Below are positions 56,843 through 64,000 of a stretch of DNA of 64,000 bases, piece by piece. The notes under the pieces are model-generated. The model worked only from the letters and a program-made list of their open reading frames with translations, searched no databases and was not told the origin of the DNA. The position numbers were made by a program, and so were the translations under genes. Position 1 is the first letter of the stretch. Each line of letters starts with the position of its first letter. Source of the stretch: an uncultured Thalassospiraceae bacterium (GTDB lineage: Bacteria; Pseudomonadota; Alphaproteobacteria; Rhodospirillales; JAPHRK01); assembly GCA_965368165.1 (NCBI GenBank), contig CBDULT010000014.1, positions 21,543-85,542 of the forward strand. The letters are read 5' to 3'.

Positions 56843-57904
56843 ATGTCTGACGACCAAGAAAAAACCGAAGACCCGACTGGCAAAAAACTTGATAATGCAA
56901 AAACTGAAGGGCAGGTTTTGCAATCCCAGGAAGTGAAAAACTGGGGTGTTCTCCTTGGGGCCTCCTTTTCAATCTTTGTAATGGGTCCCTGGATTATGAG
57001 CCGGGTATCTCAAGACCTCATCAAGTTCATCGAGGCCCCACATGCAATTGCTGTTGACCAGGGAAATTTGCGGCTGTTTTTTTCAGAATTGATTTTAAGT
57101 ACTGCTTTGTCAATTTCGCCAGTATTTCTGACGGCTATAATTGTTGCGATTGCGACCAATATGGGTATTTCGGGCCTTATCTACTCTCCCAAAAAAATTC
57201 AACCAAAACTTGACAGATTAAGCGTTATTAAAGGGGCGAAAAAAATTGTTTCGCTCCAATCAATCATGGAGTTTGTCAAAGATTTGGTCAAACTTGGTGT
57301 GGTTGGGGCCGTTGCCTTTACCATTGTTGTACCCATGTTCCATGATATGACAACTTGGCCTGGTATTGAAACGATACTGATCTTGCAGAAAATGTGGGAG
57401 CATGGAGCGGCAATTATTGTTGGAACAACTGCGGTCTTAACGGTTCTCGCTTTTTTTGATTTTTTCTATCAAAAATATACTTACATCAAACAATTGAAGA
57501 TGAGTAAGCAAGAGGTGAAAGACGAGAATAAAAACACCGAAGGTGACCCGCAAATCAAAGCACGCTTACGGCGGATACGTATGGAAAGGGCGATGACAAG
57601 AATGATGTCGGCTGTTCCTGAGGCCAGTGTTGTCGTTACCAACCCGACCCACTATGCGGTTGCTCTTTCTTATAGCCAAGAAGATATGGGAGCCCCCAGG
57701 GTGGTCGCCAAAGGGGTCGATAGCCTGGCCTTGAGAATTCGAGAGGTCGCCGATGAGCATGAAGTGCCTATCGTTGAAAACCCGCCCTTGGCTCGCGCCC
57801 TTTATGCGACGGTAGAACTTGAAGAAGAAATCCCCGAAGAACACTACAAACCGGTGGCTGAGGTCATTGGGTATGTCATGCGCCTCAAGGGAGGGGCCAT
57901 ATGA
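56843..57904 (+). CDS. flhB: Flagellar type III secretion system protein FlhB
   Basis: EKTEDPTGKKL N-terminus, four TM helices and the NPTHYAVAL autocleavage site. Confidence 0.92.
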   Translation: MSDDQEKTEDPTGKKLDNAKTEGQVLQSQEVKNWGVLLGASFSIFVMGPWIMSRVSQDLIKFIEAPHAIAVDQGNLRLFFSELILSTALSISPVFLTAIIVAIATNMGISGLIYSPKKIQPKLDRLSVIKGAKKIVSLQSIMEFVKDLVKLGVVGAVAFTIVVPMFHDMTTWPGIETILILQKMWEHGAAIIVGTTAVLTVLAFFDFFYQKYTYIKQLKMSKQEVKDENKNTEGDPQIKARLRRIRMERAMTRMMSAVPEASVVVTNPTHYAVALSYSQEDMGAPRVVAKGVDSLALRIREVADEHEVPIVENPPLARALYATVELEEEIPEEHYKPVAEVIGYVMRLKGGAI

Positions 57905-60411
57905 TTTTTTTGGGGGGGAGGGGAACTGGCGAAAATGGAGACAGCGTGGAATTATGGTTTCGTTCCTCCTTCTGGTCTCTGCTGCTCATCTTCTTTTCCC
58001 TCTCTTATATTTTACTTTCCCTTTTTGGCGGATCGCTTAGCCCCTATAAAGATATTTCTGCCTTGCTTGGTGTCCTTGCCTTTGGGGGGCTGGCTTGGTC
58101 TTTAGGCAGTTCCCGAGAGAAAGATCGTTTAGATAAACTGCTGGCGGCCGCTGCCGAATCAGATGGGGCTGCCCTTCTTATTGTTGGGCCTGACCGCCAA
58201 GCTGTTTATGCCAATGGGGCATTTCATCGCCTGTTCCCTTCAACGAGTGTGGATGGCGGGCAAATAGAAGGCGGTGAAGCTTCTATTTCGGCTATTTCAG
58301 GTCTGGTACATGGTGAAGCGTCTCAAGTTGAGTTGGGCCGCCTTTTAAGCAGTGCGGCTTCTGAGCGCAATGATACGGGTGAGATTTGTATCACCACACC
58401 TTCGGGGCGTTATGAATGGCGGGGGTTGATTGTATCTCCTATCCAAAAATTTCCAGGATACCTTCTTGTTTCTGCCCGGGATGTAACTGCCCGCCATGAA
58501 TTGGAAGTGGTGCGCCGTAGCGAAGAAAAATTGGTCCGAGATTTTATTGACCATCTGCCCGTTGGTTTCTTTTCCTCTGATGCAGAGGGGAGGTTTATCT
58601 ATGTAAATGAAACCTTGGCGAATTGGCTTGGAATTGAACCCGGTGAACAGCATGGCGATGAAGGATTAGCTGATTTCATTGCGGTTGGGGACAATGAGAA
58701 CTCTTCCCCTCCGCAGGGTGGGGATGCTGACCACGGGGATGTCTTGCTTCATGGTGCAAGCGGGGGTGATTTCAGTGCGTATATTCGGCAATCCCAACGC
58801 ACTTCGAAAAAGGGCGACTTTGTCTATAGCCGTTCTGTGGTGTTGAGAGATGTTGCGGCGGATAGCGGGAAGACCCTTTCCGGGTTTATTGCCCACAAGC
58901 TTAAGGCCCTGTTTGATGTTGCGCCCATTGGTATCGCCCATATGGATGTGAGCGGTGAGATTGTTGAAGCTAATATTGCCTTAACCAAAATGCTTGGCTT
59001 GGTAAGAGATCAAGCCGTCGGGAAATCTCTCACTGATTTTATCAAAAAAGAAGACCGCCAGGATATGGAAGGTCTTTTGTCAAAGATTGTTATGGGAACT
59101 GTTCCTGCGGGTAATTTTGAAGTGCGCTTTGCTAAAGAAGGTAGGAAAGAGAAGGTTAGTACGGTTTATGCCGGGCGGATTGACGATGGTGACGGTGATG
59201 TCTCCGGCTTGATTTTGCATTTTATTGATACCACGGACCGCAAACACTTAGAGCTTGAGTTTACCCAAGCGCAACGAATCCAAGCCGTTGGTCAATTAGC
59301 GGGGGGGGTGGCCCATGATTTCAATAACCTATTGACCGCCATGATTGGTTTTTGTGATCTGTTGCTTGGTCGTCACGGACCTGGGGACCCTTCTTTCGCC
59401 GATGTGATGCAGATTAAGCAAAATGCCAATCGGGCCGCGAACCTTGTCCGGCAATTGCTTGCCTTTTCTCGTAAACAAACTTTGCAACCTAAAATCATTG
59501 ATGTCACGGGAGCGATCTCTGAAATGTCCAATCTCATCCGCCGCTTGATCGGAGAGAACATGGAATTTGAGATGTCCCACGGGCAAAACCTCGGCAAAGT
59601 TCGAGTCGATCCAGGGCAATTTGATCAGGTGATTATTAATCTGGCGGTCAATGCCCGTGATGCAATGCCTAATGGGGGTAAGTTGACTATCTCTAGCCGC
59701 AATGTTGTTTTAGAGGAACCTGAGCAACGGGGGCAGGACCACATGCCTGCTGGGGATTATGTCCAGATTGAAGTGGCCGATACGGGCGTGGGGATTTCAA
59801 AAGAAGATATTGGAAATATTTTTGAGCCCTTCTTTTCGACAAAAGAAATGGGAGCCGGGACAGGGCTTGGCCTGTCAACGGTCCATGGAATTATTCACCA
59901 GACAGGGGGCTTTGTTTTTGTTGACAGTGCGCCGGGAGAAGGGACCGTCTTTAGTATTTTCCTTCCCCATTATGAAGGAAGCGAGGAGACAGAAGAAGCC
60001 AATGAAAATGATGTGGAAAAAGTAGATAAAGATCTTACAGGCGTTGGCGATATCCTTCTGGTTGAAGATGAGGATGCGGTGCGGCTTTTTGCGGCTCGCG
60101 CTTTAACCAACAAAGGCTACAAAGTACATGAAGCTCAAAATGCTGAAGAAGCCCTGGATTTGGTTAAGGAAAGTGGAGAAACCTTTGACCTGATTGTAAC
60201 CGATATGATTATGCCGGGGATGGATGGTTACACCATGGTTCGCTATATCCGTGAAAGCTATCCCTCAATCAAGGTGATCCTCATGTCTGGTTATGCCGAG
60301 GATACGATCCCAGAGGAAATTGGCACTGATTCAACGATTAATTTTATGCACAAGCCTTTCAGCCTTAAAGAACTTGCCGCCTTGGTGAAAACTGTTATTG
60401 GCGACGAATGA
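57901..60411 (+). CDS. PAS-PAS hybrid sensor histidine kinase/response regulator, CckA-like
   Basis: N-terminal TM helices, two PAS regions, H-box AVGQLAGGVAHDFNNLLTAM, HATPase and a C-terminal REC domain. Its ATG overlaps the flhB stop (ATGA). Confidence 0.8.
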   Translation: MIFLGGRGTGENGDSVELWFRSSFWSLLLIFFSLSYILLSLFGGSLSPYKDISALLGVLAFGGLAWSLGSSREKDRLDKLLAAAAESDGAALLIVGPDRQAVYANGAFHRLFPSTSVDGGQIEGGEASISAISGLVHGEASQVELGRLLSSAASERNDTGEICITTPSGRYEWRGLIVSPIQKFPGYLLVSARDVTARHELEVVRRSEEKLVRDFIDHLPVGFFSSDAEGRFIYVNETLANWLGIEPGEQHGDEGLADFIAVGDNENSSPPQGGDADHGDVLLHGASGGDFSAYIRQSQRTSKKGDFVYSRSVVLRDVAADSGKTLSGFIAHKLKALFDVAPIGIAHMDVSGEIVEANIALTKMLGLVRDQAVGKSLTDFIKKEDRQDMEGLLSKIVMGTVPAGNFEVRFAKEGRKEKVSTVYAGRIDDGDGDVSGLILHFIDTTDRKHLELEFTQAQRIQAVGQLAGGVAHDFNNLLTAMIGFCDLLLGRHGPGDPSFADVMQIKQNANRAANLVRQLLAFSRKQTLQPKIIDVTGAISEMSNLIRRLIGENMEFEMSHGQNLGKVRVDPGQFDQVIINLAVNARDAMPNGGKLTISSRNVVLEEPEQRGQDHMPAGDYVQIEVADTGVGISKEDIGNIFEPFFSTKEMGAGTGLGLSTVHGIIHQTGGFVFVDSAPGEGTVFSIFLPHYEGSEETEEANENDVEKVDKDLTGVGDILLVEDEDAVRLFAARALTNKGYKVHEAQNAEEALDLVKESGETFDLIVTDMIMPGMDGYTMVRYIRESYPSIKVILMSGYAEDTIPEEIGTDSTINFMHKPFSLKELAALVKTVIGDE

Positions 60412-60485
60412 TTCTTTCTTTTTTAGACGCCGAATCCCGTTCTTCATAAATGTTCTCTTTTGTTCTTTTTGCTGTAATCTGATGA

Positions 60486-60500
60486 GAACATAAAAAGAAA
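60486..60500 (+). promoter_or_regulatory. Candidate alphaproteobacterial LexA box (imperfect)
   Basis: GAAC-ataaaaa-GAAA against the consensus GAAC-N7-GAAC. Confidence 0.25.
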
Positions 60501-60544
60501 ATAATTAATATTATACATTATTTTCAATATGTTAAAAATTTTAC

Positions 60545-60572
60545 TTGCCAATGAGAACAAAATAGGTACATT
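60545..60572 (+). promoter_or_regulatory. Candidate recA promoter with an embedded imperfect LexA box
   Basis: TTGCCA (60545-60550), 16-nt spacer, TACATT (60567-60572). GAAC-aaaatag-GTAC at 60555-60569 overlaps the spacer and the -10 box. Confidence 0.35.
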
Positions 60573-60623
60573 GAGCGCATTGCATCACAACGTGCCCTGT
60601 GAAATAAGAGGGAGGAACTTCAA

Positions 60624-61688
60624 ATGCAGACAGCTTTACGCTTGGTGGACAAACAGACCATGGATAAAAATAAGGCACTAGACGCCGCCGTTGCGCAGAT
60701 TGAGCGCGCTTTCGGTAAGGGATCAATTATGAAACTCGGCCAGCGTGAAAATGCGGTCGAAACCCCTGCTGTTTCTTCAGGGTCAATCGGGCTGGATATT
60801 GCTCTGGGAATTGGTGGCTTGCCTTATGGGCGGGTGGTCGAAATTTATGGCCCAGAGAGTTCCGGTAAAACGACCTTGGCTCTTCATGCGATTGCCGAAG
60901 CGCAGAAGGCAGGCGGAACCTGTGCCTTTGTCGATGCGGAACATGCTCTTGACCCTGTATATGCCCGTAAGCTGGGCGTGAATGTGGATGAGCTGTTGAT
61001 TTCTCAACCGGATGCGGGGGAGCAGGCTCTTGAAATTGCCGATACCCTGGTGCGCTCCGGTGCCGTTAATGTGCTGGTTATCGATAGTGTGGCTGCCTTG
61101 GTGCCGCGTGCTGAGTTAGAAGGTGAGATGGGGGATACCCATGTGGGGCTGCAGGCTCGATTGATGAGCCAGGCTTTACGGAAGCTTACCGGGTCAATTA
61201 ATCGCTCCAACTGTATGATTATTTTCATCAACCAAATTCGGATGAAGATTGGCGTCATGTTTGGCAACCCCGAGACCACATCAGGCGGCAATGCCCTCAA
61301 GTTCTACGCTTCCGTCCGTCTGGAAATTCGTCGCATTGGTCAGATCAAAGATCGCGATGAGGTTGTGGGAAACCAGACACGGGTCAAAGTGGTTAAGAAC
61401 AAGATGGCCCCTCCTTTCAAGATGGTTGAGTTTGACATCATCTATGGCGAAGGTGTTTCCAAGATGGGCGAACTGCTTGATCTGGGTGTCAAAGCTGATT
61501 TGGTCGAAAAATCTGGTTCCTGGTTCTCCTATGGGGAGCAGCGTATCGGTCAGGGCCGTGAGAATGCCAAAAAATTCTTGCGTGAGAATCCTGAAATTGC
61601 TGACGAGATTGAACACCTTATCCGCAAAAATGCCGGATTGATCTCTGAGAAAATGATGGATGAACCCGTAAAAGACGAAGACGAATAA
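60624..61688 (+). CDS. recA: Recombinase RecA
   Basis: [39 protein letters not shown] with Walker [21 protein letters not shown] sequence lies 6 nt before the ATG at 60624. Confidence 0.95.
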   Translation: MQTALRLVDKQTMDKNKALDAAVAQIERAFGKGSIMKLGQRENAVETPAVSSGSIGLDIALGIGGLPYGRVVEIYGPESSGKTTLALHAIAEAQKAGGTCAFVDAEHALDPVYARKLGVNVDELLISQPDAGEQALEIADTLVRSGAVNVLVIDSVAALVPRAELEGEMGDTHVGLQARLMSQALRKLTGSINRSNCMIIFINQIRMKIGVMFGNPETTSGGNALKFYASVRLEIRRIGQIKDRDEVVGNQTRVKVVKNKMAPPFKMVEFDIIYGEGVSKMGELLDLGVKADLVEKSGSWFSYGEQRIGQGRENAKKFLRENPEIADEIEHLIRKNAGLISEKMMDEPVKDEDE

Positions 61689-61728
61689 CCCTCCTGTTTT
61701 TCATGATCTTTCCCCAAGATCATCACAA

Positions 61729-61765
61729 AACGCACGTCTCTAGAACTGAGGCGTGCGTTTTTTTA
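61729..61765 (+). terminator. Rho-independent terminator of recA
   Basis: 12-bp stem AACGCACGTCTC/GAGGCGTGCGTT with a 7-nt loop, followed by TTTTTTT. Confidence 0.75.
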
Positions 61766-61891
61766 TGGTGCGATACAAGCCACCAACAGTATGGTAGGCC
61801 TCTAACTTCAAGCAGACGAAGTGTGTTTTCTGGACAGGGGGGCGTTCACGGGGTAAAAGCTCTGGTTCGAAATTTTCAGCCATAACTCGGT

Positions 61892-64000
61892 ATGACCATG
61901 CAGACTGCTAACGATATTCGCACCTCCTTTCTCGACTTCTTTGCCAAGAACGGTCACTCCGTTCAGCCTTCGAGTTCTTTGGTGCCGTCCAACGACCCAA
62001 CATTGATGTTTACCAATGCGGGGATGGTTCAGTTTAAAAACGTTTTCACCGGGGCTGAAAAACGAGATTATTCCCGTGCTGCAACGTCACAAAAGTGTGT
62101 GCGGGCTGGGGGCAAGCATAACGATCTTGAGAATGTGGGGCACACAGCGCGCCACCATACTTTCTTTGAAATGCTGGGGAACTTTTCCTTTGGGGATTAT
62201 TTCAAAGAAGAAGCTATTTCTTTGGCTTGGGACCTTATTACCAAAGAATATGGTTTACCCAAAGATAAGCTCTTGGCAACGGTTTATGCCGAAGATGATG
62301 TTGCCTTCGATCTTTGGAAAAAAATTGCCGGGCTTCCCGACAGCAAAATTATTCGTATTGCCACCTCAGATAACTTCTGGGCCATGGGGGACACGGGTCC
62401 CTGCGGTCCTTGTTCTGAAATATTTTATGACCACGGTGATAAAATCCCTGGGGGGCCTCCTGGTTCTCCTGATGAAGATGGGGATCGGTTTATTGAGATC
62501 TGGAACTTGGTGTTCATGCAATATGAGCAAACAGCTGAAGGCCGTCTTGACCTACCTAAACCCTCAATTGATACAGGCATGGGCTTGGAGCGTATTTCCG
62601 CTCTCATGCAAGGAACACACGACAACTATGAAGTCGACCTGCTGCGTAATCTGATTATGGCCTCTGCTGATGTCACAAATACGGACCCTGATGGGGAGCA
62701 TATGATTTCTCACCGGGTGATTGCGGATCACCTTCGGGCTTGTAGTTTCTTGATTGCCGATGGAGTCCTGCCTTCCAATGAGGGGCGGGGATATGTGTTG
62801 CGCCGTATTATGCGCCGTGCCATGCGCCATGCTCAATTGATTGGTTGTAAAGACCCGGTGATGTATCGCCTGGTTCCTGCCCTTGTGAATAATATGGGCC
62901 AGGCTTTTGGTGAATTGGTTCGGGCACAGGCCCTTATCGAAGAAACCATGAAACTAGAAGAGACCCGTTTTAAACAAACTTTGGAACGTGGCCTAAAGCT
63001 TTTGGATGATGAAACAAATGGTTTCAATGATGGTGATCAACTCTCCGGTGACGTCGCTTTCAAACTCTACGATACCTACGGTTTCCCACTCGATTTAACC
63101 CAAGATGCTCTCAGGAGCCGTAATATCCAGGTTGATCTTGAAGCTTATGAAACCGCCATGGAACGCCAACGGGCTGAGGCACGAGCGGCCTGGTCTGGCT
63201 CTGGCGATGCGGCGACAGAACAGATTTGGTTCGACATTAATGAAGAATTAGGCGGCACTGAATTCCTTGGGTATGAAACCGAAATTGCCGAAGGGCAAGT
63301 CATCGCGCTTGTTGTTGATGGTGAACGGGTTGAGCAGGCCACCGAAGGTCAATCGGTTAGCATCGTGACCAACCAAACACCTTTCTATGGTGAATCCGGT
63401 GGTCAGATGGGTGACGTGGGTGTTGTTAAAAGCGAAGCCTCGTCGGTGACCATTGAAGACACTTTGAAGAAGCTTGGTGCCCTCCATGTACATGTGGGTA
63501 AAGTCACCCAAGGCACTTTGACTGTTGGTGATGCGGTTTCCCTTGAGGTTGAGCAGGGGCGTCGTGCCGCTCTTCGGGGAAACCACTCCGCGACCCACCT
63601 TTTACACGAAGCTTTGCGGCGGCGTCTTGGGGATCACGTGACCCAGAAAGGGTCCATGGTGGCTTCTGATCGGCTGCGTTTTGATATCAGCCACCCTAAA
63701 GCAATTTCTGCGGAAGAAATAGCGACGGCTGAGGCTGAGGTAAATGCGCGTGTGCGTCAAAATGCCGAAGTTGTCACCCGCTTAATGACCCCTGATGAAG
63801 CCATTGAGCAAGGGGCGATGGCCTTGTTTGGTGAGAAATACGGTGAAGAGGTTCGGGTTGTTTCCATGGGTGAGGATGGCGACAAACCTTATTCGACAGA
63901 ACTTTGTGGCGGTACGCATGTTAAACGTACCGGTGATATCGGTGTGTTTAAGGTGGTGAGTGAAGGGGCCGTTGCTGCTGGTGTGCGCCGCATTGAAGCC
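61892..64000 (+). CDS. alaS: Alanine--tRNA ligase, N-terminal 703 codons. The gene continues past the right edge.
   Basis: My own translation gives [22 protein letters not shown]...[21 protein letters not shown]...[36 protein letters not shown]...[16 protein letters not shown]. The frame is open to 64000 and is not in the ORF track because it is open-ended. Confidence 0.93.
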   Translation, partial: MTMQTANDIRTSFLDFFAKNGHSVQPSSSLVPSNDPTLMFTNAGMVQFKNVFTGAEKRDYSRAATSQKCVRAGGKHNDLENVGHTARHHTFFEMLGNFSFGDYFKEEAISLAWDLITKEYGLPKDKLLATVYAEDDVAFDLWKKIAGLPDSKIIRIATSDNFWAMGDTGPCGPCSEIFYDHGDKIPGGPPGSPDEDGDRFIEIWNLVFMQYEQTAEGRLDLPKPSIDTGMGLERISALMQGTHDNYEVDLLRNLIMASADVTNTDPDGEHMISHRVIADHLRACSFLIADGVLPSNEGRGYVLRRIMRRAMRHAQLIGCKDPVMYRLVPALVNNMGQAFGELVRAQALIEETMKLEETRFKQTLERGLKLLDDETNGFNDGDQLSGDVAFKLYDTYGFPLDLTQDALRSRNIQVDLEAYETAMERQRAEARAAWSGSGDAATEQIWFDINEELGGTEFLGYETEIAEGQVIALVVDGERVEQATEGQSVSIVTNQTPFYGESGGQMGDVGVVKSEASSVTIEDTLKKLGALHVHVGKVTQGTLTVGDAVSLEVEQGRRAALRGNHSATHLLHEALRRRLGDHVTQKGSMVASDRLRFDISHPKAISAEEIATAEAEVNARVRQNAEVVTRLMTPDEAIEQGAMALFGEKYGEEVRVVSMGEDGDKPYSTELCGGTHVKRTGDIGVFKVVSEGAVAAGVRRIEA

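Noticed and set aside
60452-60465. GTTC-tctttt-GTTC upstream of recA as a LexA box
   Set aside because: The spacer is 6 nt rather than the 7 nt of the alphaproteobacterial consensus, and it lies about 170 nt from the start codon. It is kept only as a near-miss.
62016-62654. 212-aa plus-strand ORF in the track
   Set aside because: It is out of frame with alaS. The alaS frame gives canonical motifs continuously from 61892 to the window end.
1-64000. CRISPR arrays, tRNA/rRNA genes, intact IS elements, integrases or recognisable defence-system genes
   Set aside because: I saw no regularly spaced direct repeats, no T-arm GGTTCGAATCC-type signatures outside coding regions, and no transposase, integrase, nuclease or RT-like ORFs. 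The only exception is the 50-codon IS30 relic at 17036-17189.

Overview
This window looks like core chromosome from a motile alphaproteobacterium. Supporting signs are an ALAS-type hemA, DUF1013 and DUF1192 proteins, a CckA-like kinase after flhB, a divergent flgF-flgG-flgA-flgH / fliL-fliM layout as I recall it from Caulobacter, and TCCCGC-N4-GCGGGA REP units. By eye the GC content is mid-40s percent, with AT-rich intergenic tracts. I support about 65 protein-coding genes.

Contents from left to right:
- 1-14.1 kb: housekeeping and metabolism (qor-like, metY, hydrolase and thioesterase, SRAP/yedK, Zn-ADH, SDR, GAF-PAS hybrid kinase, PadR-like, hemA, omega-aminotransferase, tandem USP).
- 14.1-17.2 kb: an atypical Dpp/Opp-type ABC operon ending at an IS30-transposase relic.
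- 17.4-20 kb: a PAS hybrid kinase with a C-terminal hemerythrin domain.
- 20-26.3 kb: mutT, a CinA-like gene, lipoproteins, an MCP with a C-terminal PilZ domain, and YhhN.
- 26.3-27.9 kb: a 640-bp non-coding gap bracketed by convergent intrinsic terminators, next to an orphan 318-aa gene.
- 28-35.5 kb: rseC-apbE and a complete rnfABCDGEH operon.
- 35.7-48.5 kb: flagellar block 1 (flgH-flgA-flgG-flgF divergent from fliL-fliM, a PflI-like gene, a motE-like gene, cheY, cheZ, two motB-like genes and a 1132-aa secreted AMIN/TPR-like protein).
- 48.6-50 kb: speH-speE.
- 50.2-52.4 kb: an MCP with a CxxCH sensor domain.
- 52.5-60.4 kb: flagellar block 2 (fliP, fliO, an unknown gene and a FlhB-C-like gene, divergent from flgB-flgC-fliE-fliQ-fliR-flhB and a CckA-like kinase).
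- 60.6-64 kb: recA and a 5' partial alaS.

I saw no rRNA, tRNA, CRISPR array or intact mobile element, and nothing that I can defend as a defence island.

The most unusual items are these:
- The motB-like pair plus the giant periplasmic protein, translationally coupled downstream of cheY-cheZ.
- Three sensor fusions: kinase-hemerythrin, MCP-PilZ and MCP-CxxCH.
- The structured non-coding gap with overlapping convergent terminators.
- An IS30 relic abutting an ABC operon that has no binding-protein gene.
- A 27-nt direct repeat flanking yedK and adh.

All family assignments come from motif recognition by eye. No database search was run.
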